From NCBI GenBank assembly GCA_963837635.1, contig CAWINY010000006.1, positions 725,236 to 789,235 on the forward strand: a stretch of 64,000 bases of DNA, written 5' to 3'. Positions within the stretch are counted from its first letter, which is position 1. Every line of letters starts with the position of its first letter. The translations under genes and the position numbers were made by a program. The stretch is from an uncultured Acidobacteriota bacterium. GTDB lineage: Bacteria > Acidobacteriota > Terriglobia > Terriglobales > Acidobacteriaceae. Below are positions 50,282 to 59,644 of the stretch, in pieces. The notes under the pieces are model-generated. The model made no database searches. It had not been told where the DNA came from and saw nothing but the letters and a program-made list of their open reading frames with translations.

Positions 50282-50976
50282 CACTGCTGCGGCTGGCCTC
50301 CGCTCTGCTGCGTGGAGTTGGCAGGCGCCGTCTTCTTCCGTACGGTCTTCTTTTTTGGGGTCGTCTCATCGTCGACGATGATCTTTTTGGGCGGGGCAGC
50401 CGCGGCGGCTGCGGCGGCGGCTGCGCGGATCTGCTGCTGCTCGGCCCGGAGACTGTTCAACTGAGCCAGGGTGAAGGTGGCGAGGCTCTCGACATGGTCG
50501 GCTAGAGTGCGGCGCGCGGTGTCGAAATCATTCACATCGGTGGCGAGCGCCTGGAATTCTTCCTTCGGGCCGAAGGCCCCGGCCGATTCGGTCAACGACG
50601 ATAACACATCGTATAGGGCATTTATGTTCCGGTACAGCTTGAAGGAATTGCCGACATTCTGCGGCTCCGAGCGCACCTGGGCAATCAGGCCGGGCAGCGC
50701 CACCTGCATGTTGCGCTGCAGGGATGTGGTATTGGACTCCGCCTGCTGCTTCTGCTGGGAATCGGTTTTCCACTTGTTCACGTGCAGCCGGCCGAGATCG
50801 GAGAGGGAGCGCTGTACGCTGCTTTCGATCTGCGCCAGCACCGGGGTGACATCCGGCGGCGGGGTCACGGCGGGCGCTGCGGTCTGAGTGGGTCGCGCGG
50901 CCAGGTTCGGAGAGGCAATTTGCGCGGGTGCGGCCATGCCGAAGGCAAGGAGTGCGGCGAAAACCGTCAGTTTCAT
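50281..50976 (-). CDS. Secreted hypothetical protein with poly-Ala/Lys-rich C-terminus
   Basis: Trimmed to 'MKLTVFAALLAFGMAAPAQ'. No family recognised. 'AAAAAAAAAPPKK' tract. Confidence 0.5.
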   Translation of the reverse strand: MKLTVFAALLAFGMAAPAQIASPNLAARPTQTAAPAVTPPPDVTPVLAQIESSVQRSLSDLGRLHVNKWKTDSQQKQQAESNTTSLQRNMQVALPGLIAQVRSEPQNVGNSFKLYRNINALYDVLSSLTESAGAFGPKEEFQALATDVNDFDTARRTLADHVESLATFTLAQLNSLRAEQQQIRAAAAAAAAAAPPKKIIVDDETTPKKKTVRKKTAPANSTQQSGGQPQQ

Positions 50977-51230
50977 GATTGTGCTCTCATCCCGGCGCTC
51001 GCCGGTCCTAGCGAGACTATTCTGCCGAAGGGCTACTCGCAATACGATGTGTGCGGCGAGCCCTTTCGTTGCAAGGCGCCAATCAGTACGTACGTGAAGT
51101 GTGGGCTGAGGCGAGCAGGAATGGAGGCTTTGTTGGCTAGTCCAAACGACGCGAACGTGATGGTGGGGAACTCGGTCAGTGAGTGGGATTTGACGAAGCA
51201 GGTTGCCTGAGCGAGAATAGGCATGTAAGT

Positions 51231-51306
51231 GGGCCTGTGGCGCAGCTGGGAGCGCGCTTCCATGGCATGGAAGAGGTCGTCGGTTCGATCCCGACCAGGT
51301 CCACCA
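51231..51306 (+). tRNA. tRNA-Ala (anticodon GGC), CCA encoded
   Basis: Acceptor GGGCCTG/CAGGTCC with G3:U70. D-arm GCGC-AGCTGGGA-GCGC, anticodon arm CTTCC-ATGGCAT-GGAAG, T-arm GTCGG-TTCGATC-CCGAC, A73-CCA. Confidence 0.9.
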
Positions 51307-51643
51307 ACTAACCCCTTAGTCTTCAATCCCCTACAACGTTATCCAAATTCCAACTCCTCTCAATTTGATAGCATTTGGTAGCAAATTCTGACGCTTCCTT
51401 TCGCCAGGGCTTGCACTGGGCCGTGAGAAAGCGCTCGGAGGTGGCTGCGGGCATTATCCCATTGCTGCTAATTTCTGCGGAGACGGGAAGCCGATTCGCT
51501 TCGTTTCGGAGGAGATCCCGGGGCGCTGTCCAGCAGGGAAGGATGAGTGGCACAAAAGGCATAAAACAAGAGGTACAATGGGAAATGCCGTTGAATCTGT
51601 GGCACTTGCTAGCGTTGATGGAGGGTCTGCCAAAGTTCTATCC

Positions 51644-51671
51644 GGCGGTTCGATTCCGCCCCGCGCCTCCA
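51644..51671 (+). pseudogene. Orphan tRNA 3' fragment (T-arm + 3' acceptor strand + U73 + CCA); Cys/Gly-like
   Basis: GGCGG-TTCGATT-CCGCC-CCGCGCC-T-CCA. No complementary 5' acceptor strand (GGCGCGG) and no foldable D or anticodon arm was found within 350 nt upstream. Confidence 0.5.
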
Positions 51672-51710
51672 ATTCGCATCTGAAGCCGTGAGCGTCAGCG
51701 GCTTGTTTTC

Positions 51711-52442
51711 ATGACCCATCCCATCCAGACAGCGACCCTGCTGCGTATCGTCCATCTCTCCGATCAGACCAGTCATCTCGAATTGCAAGTGGACGACGTG
51801 GAGGAGTTCCGTTATAAGCCGGGTCAATTCATCGCGGTCCGCGAGCCGTTGGTGGAAGGCAAGCAACTGACGCGGGCCTACTCGATCGCCTCGGCGTCGG
51901 GCAGCAACCGCTTTGAGCTGTGCCTGAACCGCATCACCGAAGGCAAGATGTCGAATTTCCTCTGCGATCTGCCGGAGGGGAGCACGATCCACTTTCACGG
52001 GCCGCACGGACTGTTCACCCTGCGCGAGCCGCGGCGCGATTCCCTATTTCTTTGCACCGGCACGGGAATCGCCCCGCTGCGCGCCATGCTCCAGTGGCTG
52101 CTGGCCGAACCCGGACGGAGCTGTGGACACCAGCTTTGGCTCATCTATGGAACGCGTTGGGAGACGGACATCTACTACGCCGACGAGTTCCGCGCACTCG
52201 AAAGTCGCTACGCGAATTTCCGCTATCTGCCCACGCTCAGCCGCGCCGGACCCAGTTGGAGCGGACTGCGCGGCTATGTGCAGGAGTACGCGAGAAAGAT
52301 CGCGACCGCGCGGCCCAACAACGGTGTAGGTTCGCTGCATGCCTATATCTGCGGCCTGCATACCATGGTGGCCGATAACCGCGACCTGCTGCTCTCCCTC
52401 GGCTGGGACAAGGGCGACGTCATCTATGAGCGGTACGACTGA
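51711..52442 (+). CDS. Ferredoxin-NADP reductase-like FAD/NAD(P)-binding oxidoreductase
   Basis: 'RAYSIAS' (RxYS FAD motif), 'GPHGLF', 'LFLCTGTGIAPLRAM', 'YICGLHTMV'. Confidence 0.75.
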   Translation: MTHPIQTATLLRIVHLSDQTSHLELQVDDVEEFRYKPGQFIAVREPLVEGKQLTRAYSIASASGSNRFELCLNRITEGKMSNFLCDLPEGSTIHFHGPHGLFTLREPRRDSLFLCTGTGIAPLRAMLQWLLAEPGRSCGHQLWLIYGTRWETDIYYADEFRALESRYANFRYLPTLSRAGPSWSGLRGYVQEYARKIATARPNNGVGSLHAYICGLHTMVADNRDLLLSLGWDKGDVIYERYD

Positions 52443-52596
52443 CAGGTATCAGGTATTAGGTATCAGGTATTGAGATCCGGCGATGCACGCGAGATCCTTC
52501 GCGTCCTCGCGCCAAAGGCGGACGCTCGTTTCAGGATAACGCCTTCGTTGAGGATTGTTGTGCGTGCTGATTTTAAGGGCAGAGAGGTGAAGAGGT

Positions 52597-52869
52597 ATGA
52601 AAAAGCGGCGAAACCCTGAAAAGATCGATAAGGAGAACCCGGAATGGACGGGTGCTGATTTCGAACGTGCGGTTTCGCTCTCCGCGCTACCAAAGGGGAT
52701 ACAAAAGGCCATTTCCACTAGGAAGCGCGGGCCACAGAAGACGCCGACGAAGCAGTTTGTGTCACTCCGCCTTTCGCGCGAGGTGTTAGCTCACGTCAAA
52801 GCTAAAGGTGCGGGCTGGCAGACGCGAATTGACGAGACTTTGAAATCGGCGATTCGTAAGGTCGGATGA
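52597..52869 (+). CDS. BrnA-family (DUF4415) antitoxin-like protein
   Basis: 'ENPEWTGADFERA......KRGPQKTPTKQFVSLRLSREVLAHVKAKGAGWQTRIDETLK' is typical of BrnA. Confidence 0.65.
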   Translation: MKKRRNPEKIDKENPEWTGADFERAVSLSALPKGIQKAISTRKRGPQKTPTKQFVSLRLSREVLAHVKAKGAGWQTRIDETLKSAIRKVG

Positions 52870-52969
52870 ACAAACCCACATCTGCAAACGGCGCGCAGAT
52901 GTGGGGCACCCTCAGGGCCGGCCTTGAAACGTACACGAAGAGAGCCAACGCTCGCGCTACAATCAGTCC

Positions 52970-53425
52970 ATGAAGATTGCCATCGGTTCCGACCACGCCG
53001 GCTATGAACTCAAAGAGAAGATCAAAAGCGAGCTCCACCGCCGGGGTATCCAACTGAGCGATGCGGGGACGAACTCGACCGACTCGGTGGACTATCCCGA
53101 CTTCGCCCATGCCGTGGCCGAGTCGGTTGCCAGCGGCCAGGCGGAGCGTGGCATCCTGGTGTGCGGCAGCGGAATCGGCATGTCGATCGCGGCCAACAAG
53201 GTGCCGGGCGTGCGCGCGGCAAACGTCAGCACGGAGTACGAGGCGCAGATGAGCCGCGAGCACAACGACGCCAACGTGCTCGCGCTGGGGGCGCGCATTG
53301 TGGACGACGAGTCGGCCTTCAAGATCGTCGAGACTTGGCTGAACAGCGAGTTTTCCGGCGGACGCCACCAGCGCCGGGTGGACAAGATCGCGCAGATCGA
53401 ACGTACGAATGGGGCAGGGAAGTGA
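52970..53425 (+). CDS. rpiB: Ribose-5-phosphate isomerase B
   Basis: 'MKIAIGSDHAGYELKEKIK', 'GILVCGSGIGMSIAANK', 'HNDANVLALGARI'. Confidence 0.9.
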   Translation: MKIAIGSDHAGYELKEKIKSELHRRGIQLSDAGTNSTDSVDYPDFAHAVAESVASGQAERGILVCGSGIGMSIAANKVPGVRAANVSTEYEAQMSREHNDANVLALGARIVDDESAFKIVETWLNSEFSGGRHQRRVDKIAQIERTNGAGK

Positions 53426-53444
53426 ATTTTTTTGCCGAAGAATT

Positions 53445-53572
53445 GTCATCCTGATCGAAGTCGAGGCGATTGGCGGGCGTCTGAGCCCGCCGCCGAGATC
53501 CTGAGCGAAGCGAAGGACCTGCTTCCTTCGAAATGATTTCAACAGCGGTTCCTTCACTGCGCTCAGGATGAC
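53445..53572. repeat. MITE/REP-like inverted-repeat element (GTCATCCTGA...GCTCAGGATGAC)
   Basis: Terminal arms are inverted. The interior contains 'cctgagcgaagcgaaggacctgc'. Same family as 15563-15666. Confidence 0.6.
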
Positions 53573-53689
53573 AATTCGCACAACTTCCGCACCCATAAGC
53601 ATTTCCGTGCACCCCGCCGGAGCGGTAGAATTCACTTTCATCCAAAATCAGATTCGGGCTCGCCGCGGCCCTCAAGAGGTGATTTCATT

Positions 53690-55003
53690 ATGAACAAGCT
53701 TATGTCGCGCTCGCTGTGGGAAGTAGATCCGGAGATCGCCCAGGCCATCGCCAATGAAGAACGCCGCCAGCATGAAGGCCTGGAACTGATTGCGTCGGAG
53801 AACTTTGTCAGCGAAGCGGTGCTGCAGGCGATGGGGTCGGTGTTCACCAATAAGTATGCTGAAGGCTATCCCGGCAAACGCTATTACGGCGGCTGCGAGT
53901 TCACCGACGTCGTCGAGAGCCTGGCCCGCGAGCGCGCCAAGCAGTTATTTGGCGCCGAGCACGCCAACGTGCAGCCCCACTCCGGCACCTCGGCCAACAT
54001 GGAAGCCTACGCGGCAGTGCTGCATCCCGGTGACACGATCCTGGGGCTGAACCTGGCGCATGGCGGGCACCTCTCGCACGGCCACCCGCTGAATTTTTCC
54101 GGCAAGACCTATCGCATCGTTCCCTATGGCGTGACGAAGGAAACGGAAACTCTCGATTATGACGAGATCGAGCGCCTGGCCGAGCAGGAACGGCCCAAGC
54201 TGATCATCGGCGGCGGCAGCGCCTATCCCCGGATCATCGATTTCGAACGCATGCGCAAGGTCGCGGATAAGGTCGGAGCGCTGTTCATGGTGGACATGGC
54301 GCACTTTGCCGGCCTGGTCGCCGGCGGCGTGCACCCCTCGCCGGTGCCGCACGCGCAGATCGTCACCACCACCACCCACAAGACCCTGCGCGGCCCACGG
54401 GCCGGCATGATCCTGTGCCAGAAATCGATCCAGCTTGGGGATCAGCAAATCGAGTTGGCCGCCGCGATCGACAAGAGCGTCTTCCCGGGCGATCAGGGCG
54501 GACCGCTGGTGCACATGGTCGCCGCCAAAGCCGTGTGCTTCCAGGAGGCGATGCAGCCGGAATTCCGGGACTACGCCCGGCAGATCGTTGCCAATGCCAA
54601 AGCGCTCGCCGCGCAGCTTGCCGGCGACGGCTGGCGCATCATCAGCGGCGGTACCGACACTCACCTGATGCTGGTGGACGTATTTTCCCAGGGCATGCTG
54701 GGCAGCGAAGCCGAGAAGGCCCTGGGCGAAGCCGGGATCACGGTCAATAAGAACGCCATTCCGTTCGACACCAACCCGCCGCTGCGGCCTAGCGGTATCC
54801 GCCTCGGAACCCCGGCCGTAACCACCCGAGGCATGAAGGAAGCCGAGATGCGGCAGATCGGCGCCTGGATTACTGAGGCGCTGCGGCATCGCGCCGAGCC
54901 CGACCGCCTGACGAAGATCCGCCGCCAGGTGCTCGAAATGGCCGAGATTTATCCGCTCTATCCGGAGCGTCGCGCCCGGGCCGCGCAGTTGGCCCCAGCA
55001 TAG
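53690..55003 (+). CDS. glyA: Serine hydroxymethyltransferase
   Basis: 437 aa. 'LELIASENF', '[14 protein letters not shown]', '[12 protein letters not shown]' (PLP Lys). Confidence 0.95.
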   Translation: MNKLMSRSLWEVDPEIAQAIANEERRQHEGLELIASENFVSEAVLQAMGSVFTNKYAEGYPGKRYYGGCEFTDVVESLARERAKQLFGAEHANVQPHSGTSANMEAYAAVLHPGDTILGLNLAHGGHLSHGHPLNFSGKTYRIVPYGVTKETETLDYDEIERLAEQERPKLIIGGGSAYPRIIDFERMRKVADKVGALFMVDMAHFAGLVAGGVHPSPVPHAQIVTTTTHKTLRGPRAGMILCQKSIQLGDQQIELAAAIDKSVFPGDQGGPLVHMVAAKAVCFQEAMQPEFRDYARQIVANAKALAAQLAGDGWRIISGGTDTHLMLVDVFSQGMLGSEAEKALGEAGITVNKNAIPFDTNPPLRPSGIRLGTPAVTTRGMKEAEMRQIGAWITEALRHRAEPDRLTKIRRQVLEMAEIYPLYPERRARAAQLAPA

Positions 55004-55008
55004 CGCTT

Positions 55009-55089
55009 AGGTAACAGGTACCAGGTAGCAGGTCTCAAGCACTCGTATATGATCTGGCGCCTGATACCTGATACCTGATACCTGATACC
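55009..55089. repeat. 7-mer word array as inverted repeat (AGGTAACAGGTACCAGGTAGCAGGT ... CCTGATACCTGATACCTGATACCTGATACC)
   Basis: Read directly. Starts 6 nt after the glyA stop. Confidence 0.7.
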
Positions 55090-55175
55090 CGTCACACCTA
55101 GAAATTCAACCTGCCTGCAAGCGTCCCAAGCGCTCTCGGCTGCATCTCCCAATATGGGGAGATTCGGAGTCCGCA

Positions 55176-56024
55176 ATGGCACTCAACCAAATACTGGAAG
55201 AACAGGAACTCCCGCCCGAGCTGAAGGCGATCTATGCCGACGTGCGCGCGAGCTTCGATCTGCCGTTCGTACCCAATGTCTTCAAGCTCGCCGCCGGCAG
55301 TCCGGAATACCTGAAGATCATGTGGTCCGATCTTGGGCCGGTGGTCCGCTCCAAGGAGTTCCATAGCGCGTCGAAAGCGATGGAAGAGTTCGTGCGCTCG
55401 CTGGTGATCGCCGGCGGCTGGCGTTTCTCCGATCAGGAAAAAGTCCTGGCAGCGCAGAAGTTCTCAACCAACGACATTGAGCAACTCGGGGCGATCGTGG
55501 CTACCTTTGCCCGTGCCGCCGCCCGTATGACGCTGTTTACCCGCCTGTTGCAGCGCGGCTACTCCGGCGGCCAGCCCGGACGGGTCAGCAACGGGCATCA
55601 CGCCTCGGCTCTGTCCCGAATGATCACCCTCCACGTACCTTCCGAAAGCGAGGCCAGCATGCGGGTCTGGCTGCTCTACAACGACATCAAGCGGACCCTC
55701 CACGCCAAGCACGTGATGAGCGTCTTCCGCGTCATCTCGCCGTTTCCCACTTATCTTGCTTCGGTGTGGATGGACTCGAAAAAGATCATGGCCGACCCCG
55801 GGTTTCTCCGCGCCAAGGAAGAGGTTTCCAAGCGCACCCTCGGCCTGATCACCGGGTTGCCGGTCAAGGACCACCACAGCCTCGCCAAGCAGATTCCGGC
55901 GCAGGAGTGGCGCGAGATCGAAGAGATGGTGGACTCGTACGCTCGGCAGCTGCCCCAGTTCGCGCTGGTCAGCGTCGTCTGGCAGCGCTCGTTTCCCTAC
56001 ATAGGGCAGATCATCGCGGCCTGA
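55176..56024 (+). CDS. Hypothetical protein, possibly DehI-like (halocarboxylic acid dehalogenase DehI family fold)
   Basis: The N-terminal 'LKAIYADVRASFDLPFVPNVFKLAAGSPEYLKIMWSDLGP' and a second internal repeat resemble DehI-family proteins. Assigned from memory of the family pattern only. Confidence 0.4.
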   Translation: MALNQILEEQELPPELKAIYADVRASFDLPFVPNVFKLAAGSPEYLKIMWSDLGPVVRSKEFHSASKAMEEFVRSLVIAGGWRFSDQEKVLAAQKFSTNDIEQLGAIVATFARAAARMTLFTRLLQRGYSGGQPGRVSNGHHASALSRMITLHVPSESEASMRVWLLYNDIKRTLHAKHVMSVFRVISPFPTYLASVWMDSKKIMADPGFLRAKEEVSKRTLGLITGLPVKDHHSLAKQIPAQEWREIEEMVDSYARQLPQFALVSVVWQRSFPYIGQIIAA

Positions 56025-56052
56025 TAAGCAGCGTTTCGGCGACCGGGTACCG

Positions 56053-56859
56053 TCAGTCTGCTTCCACCGTCCAACAGTTTTGTACTTCTTCTTCTGTCCA
56101 GGTGTTGAACATCCGACCAAATAGTTCCAAGTAGCACGTCAGGAATCTTGCCGCATGCCGGAAAACATTGCCGACATCGCCTTCTTCCGCTCGTTGCGAC
56201 CACACCGGTCCATCGGGACGATGCTGGAGAAAGCGATCTGCCAGGTGCACGTCACCGTGAGCGAACGACGAAAGTTCAGAGTAGAAGATGTCATATGCCT
56301 CGGCGTGATCAACCTCAGCAGCCATCTGGCAAATCTGCTTTCCCGACCAGCTACGCCAAACCTCCGTGCTTCCATCTCTTTTCTTGCGCGTAAATTGAGG
56401 TGCAACCGAATCGTATTTCTTCTCGATGTCAGATTGTCGGGGCTCCCAGTAGTTGCGCCAAAGGAGGTCCATGCCTTCACGCCAATCTGAATGTTTGCTA
56501 TTCCTATGCTTATTGCACGCTTGCATCTCCCGTCTTGTTAGAACCTTACCGAAGTCGATGTATTGTCGGGCGCGGTCCGCAGGGCTTTGGGAGATATAGT
56601 GGGCGGTTACATCTGTCTCAAACATCGTTCGCGCAATGGCATAGCCAACGGTCACGGGGAACCATCCAATGCCGAACGAGTCGCCAATTCGAACAAGAGT
56701 CTCTGTAGCCGAAAGGTTGTGCAAGAAGAGACTCATCATCACCGAGGTATATGCCAACCCGGCGGGGTGAGACGGGATTCCGTCTTCGGCATGACCCCTT
56801 CCGAAACCTAACAAACGTCGCACGACCTCTTGGTGTTGCTCAGATGTGAGAAACAACAC
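56053..56859 (-). CDS. Hypothetical protein in a visibly lower-GC segment (DUF5677-like 'Y..LS.F.H' pattern)
   Basis: 268-aa ORF. 'AYDIFYSELSSFAHGDVH'. Composition is AT-richer than its neighbours by eye. Flanked by 7-mer word arrays. Confidence 0.45.
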   Translation of the reverse strand: MLFLTSEQHQEVVRRLLGFGRGHAEDGIPSHPAGLAYTSVMMSLFLHNLSATETLVRIGDSFGIGWFPVTVGYAIARTMFETDVTAHYISQSPADRARQYIDFGKVLTRREMQACNKHRNSKHSDWREGMDLLWRNYWEPRQSDIEKKYDSVAPQFTRKKRDGSTEVWRSWSGKQICQMAAEVDHAEAYDIFYSELSSFAHGDVHLADRFLQHRPDGPVWSQRAEEGDVGNVFRHAARFLTCYLELFGRMFNTWTEEEVQNCWTVEAD

Positions 56860-56914
56860 AGGTCATCTCCTTTGCATTTCCCGCTCTCCCTCTGCGACCG
56901 CGCCTCATGTTCCC

Positions 56915-56937
56915 GGTACCTGATACCTGGTACCTGA
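56915..56937. repeat. 7-mer word array GGTACCTGATACCTGGTACCTGA
   Basis: Read directly. Lies 5 nt upstream of the dacB stop codon position. Confidence 0.7.
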
Positions 56938-56941
56938 AAAC

Positions 56942-58492
56942 CTACTTGTCCTCCACCACCGCCTCCACAATGTGGTCGATGGTGTCCAGCGCGCGTTTGC
57001 TGGGCAGGTTGTGGTTGTTGGCCAGAATCGAGAAGGCGACCCGCTCGCCTTTGAGCGTGGTGGCGTAGCCGCTGAGCGCGTTGACGTGGCCCAGCGATCC
57101 CGTCTTGGCCTTCACCCGGCCCTCGGCGGGGCTGCCCTTGAAGCGATCCGAGAGCGAGCCATCCACGCCGGCAACGGGTAGCGTGCTTTGGAACATCGGG
57201 CCCCAGGACTGCCGGCTGTCGTAGATGAGCAGCTTGACCACCGCCTCGGGGGTGACCAGGTTTTGGCGGGACAGGCCGGAACCGTCGAAGAAGACGTATT
57301 CGTCGCTGCCAATGCCCGCTTTAGTCAGGAATCCGCGGACGACCTCCAGCCCACCCTCGATCGTGCCCGAACTCCCTTTCTCGTGGCCGAGCAGGCGTAG
57401 CATCAGTTCGGCATGCAGGTTCTGGCTGACCTTGTTGGTGACGCGCAAGTCCTGCGCAATCGGTTGCGATTCGTAGGTGGCCAGTTGCAGCGGCGGAGCG
57501 ACCTTCGGCTGTGGACCGCTATCGCCGCCACCAGCGGGAGCGGTGGTGGTCACGCGGAGGGTTGAAAGCTTCGACAGTTCGCTGTGCCGGGTGCGCGCGC
57601 TGCCGTAAACCGCCACGCCCTGGCGCTCCAGCAGTTCGCGGAACACCCGCGCGGCGAAGTCGGCGGGGTCTTCAATGGCTAGTGCTTCGTTGGCGCCGGA
57701 GTCGTCGAGCGGCATGTTGCCCCACAGCGTCAACTGGTTCGAGCCTGGCTCGCGGTTGATATAGATCCGGCGCGGTCCGGTTCCCGGTGGCGTAGTCAGA
57801 ATGCGGTTATCGACGTGGTAATAATCGCTGGAGGGATTCAGCGTGAGGAACGCTTTTTCCCCGGCGCGGTCCGCCGGCATGATGCTGAGGAACACCACAT
57901 TGTCGTTGATGCTCAGCGCGGATACCGGCGCGCCCCATTCCCAGACAAGATCGTCCTGAGTCCATCCCTCGCCGTAGGGCTCGAAGGGGTAGTAGGAGTC
58001 ATCCGCCACCACATCGCCGTCGATATAACGGACACCCTTCTGCACCACCTGCTCGGCCAGTTCCTCCAGCACGTGGATCGGCGGCAACTTGCGCTCGGTT
58101 CGCAGGTTGTACGGCAGCGTGCGGCCGGAAAGGTTGGGGTCGCCGCGGCCGATCAACACCAGATTCCCGTTGAGCCGGCCATATTTGTCCACCATGCCGT
58201 CAGCCTCGACCGTGGTATGGAAGCGGTAGTCGGGGCCGATCAAGGCAAGCACCGCCGAGGTCGTGAACAACTTGGTATTGGAGGCCGGCGTGAAGTATTT
58301 ATCGGCGTTGTTCGCGTACAGGACTTTGCCCGAATCGAGCGACTGCACCTGGATCCCCCACAGGCCGCGGGAAATTTCCGGCTGGTCGAGGATGTTGTCG
58401 ATGCGCGAGGCAAGCCTGTCCTTGGCCAAGGCGAGCGTCTGAACCGCCATCAGCAAGGCTAGCAAGGACACGGCAGCGCGCGACCGATGCAT
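56942..58492 (-). CDS. dacB: D-alanyl-D-alanine carboxypeptidase/endopeptidase (PBP4, peptidase S13)
   Basis: Signal peptide 'AAVSLLALLMAVQTLALA'. SxxK 'PASNTKLFT', 'SQN', 'KTGSL' motifs. Confidence 0.85.
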   Translation of the reverse strand: MHRSRAAVSLLALLMAVQTLALAKDRLASRIDNILDQPEISRGLWGIQVQSLDSGKVLYANNADKYFTPASNTKLFTTSAVLALIGPDYRFHTTVEADGMVDKYGRLNGNLVLIGRGDPNLSGRTLPYNLRTERKLPPIHVLEELAEQVVQKGVRYIDGDVVADDSYYPFEPYGEGWTQDDLVWEWGAPVSALSINDNVVFLSIMPADRAGEKAFLTLNPSSDYYHVDNRILTTPPGTGPRRIYINREPGSNQLTLWGNMPLDDSGANEALAIEDPADFAARVFRELLERQGVAVYGSARTRHSELSKLSTLRVTTTAPAGGGDSGPQPKVAPPLQLATYESQPIAQDLRVTNKVSQNLHAELMLRLLGHEKGSSGTIEGGLEVVRGFLTKAGIGSDEYVFFDGSGLSRQNLVTPEAVVKLLIYDSRQSWGPMFQSTLPVAGVDGSLSDRFKGSPAEGRVKAKTGSLGHVNALSGYATTLKGERVAFSILANNHNLPSKRALDTIDHIVEAVVEDK

Positions 58493-59007
58493 GGGAAACC
58501 CCGGCCAAAATTCTACAACGATTTTCGAGCAGGAGTGCGGACTGTTATGCCCTTGTCGCAGGATTTGTGGTGTTGGGGCATCGGTTACTCAATTTCTGAT
58601 CTATTTCCGATTTCTGATTGCAACTTCGCGCGCTTGGTGGCTTGGGCTCAGCGCCTGCCTGGAACGGCGCCTCGACGTAGGATTTCCTCCCCGTACTCGG
58701 CGTCCTCTGGCAAGATCCTTCACTTCCTCCGCCCAAAACCAGGGCTCCGGTCGTTCAGGATGACGCCATCCATTTTTCATGTTTTCTGGGTGGGATGTCT
58801 CATCCCATGTGCGACTGCGGTGAAGAGGTTCACGATTCAACGAATCATCTGCCAGCATGCGCACCCACAGCATGAGGATGCAAACTCGGGGGTCGAGCAG
58901 GCGCTCGGCATCGCCAACACCGGCTACATTGGCTTGGCAGCCAAGACCGTCAACATGTCGGAATTCTTCAAATAGCGCAGCCGCAAGCTCCCGACGGCAA
59001 GGCGATC

Positions 59008-59043
59008 GAGCCAACGGTGATCATGACCGTTGGCTCGTTTTTT
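59008..59043 (+). terminator. Strong rho-independent terminator (plus strand)
   Basis: GAGCCAACGG-tgatcatga-CCGTTGGCTC followed by GTTTTTTCC. Confidence 0.65.
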
Positions 59044-59062
59044 CCGTTCTCATCCCCCGTTA

Positions 59063-59644
59063 TCAAGCAAACAGCAGATCGGCGCCGTAGATGAGGCCGT
59101 CTCCCTCGAGCCGGGCTCCAGCCGTCATACGATGCGGTCGGGCGGGCGCGGCGCTCTCGATGTGCAACACGGTGTGGCCGTGCGCCGCAAGATAATCGGC
59201 GACCAGCATGCGGTGGCAATGGAAGTAGACCTGCCTCTCCGCGCACATGATCGCGGTCCGTTCCTGTGTAGCCAGTGTGACCAGTTCGCCGATGGCCAGG
59301 CGGAACTCGGGAGTCAGCATGTAATCGGCGTAGTTGCGGAACGAGGCGCAGGTGAGCCCGAGATTGGGCGAGTCGTCGCGTATCTTCTTGCGGCGGCCTC
59401 CTAGGGAAGGCATCCAGAGATAGGCGATGCCGGCGTGTGGCAGCGTGGCCTCCAGCGCTTCGTGCTGAAGCGCCTCAGCCTCGGTCATAAATGGCGGACG
59501 CTGCGGGCCTTGAAACCACGGCATGCGCCGCGAAGCGGGATAGGACCGAATGTCCACCACCCGGTGAATCCCGTGCGCCTGCAGCACGGAAATGAACTCC
59601 TCCAGCGTGCGGGTGGAGTGGCCGATGGTGTAGAGGGTCGCCAT
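59063..59644 (-). CDS. DUF488 family protein
   Basis: 'LYTIGHSTRTLEEFISVLQAHGIHRVVDIRSYPASRR.P.F' is typical of DUF488. Confidence 0.75.
   Translation of the reverse strand: MATLYTIGHSTRTLEEFISVLQAHGIHRVVDIRSYPASRRMPWFQGPQRPPFMTEAEALQHEALEATLPHAGIAYLWMPSLGGRRKKIRDDSPNLGLTCASFRNYADYMLTPEFRLAIGELVTLATQERTAIMCAERQVYFHCHRMLVADYLAAHGHTVLHIESAAPARPHRMTAGARLEGDGLIYGADLLFA

Noticed and set aside
51310-51671. tmRNA (ssrA) ending in the tRNA-like T-arm/acceptor at 51644-51671
   Set aside because: The standard acceptor reading gives no G3:U70 pair. No GGGG... 5' end or tag-peptide reading frame ending in ...AA-stop was found upstream. An alternative register leaves 3 unpaired nt between the T-stem and acceptor.
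55009-55089. CRISPR-like array (short regular repeats). The same applies to 40924-40998, 38366-38484 and the other word arrays.
   Set aside because: Repeat units are only 6-7 nt with no spacers of 25-40 nt. No cas genes are present. The arrays are tandem word repeats or hairpins.
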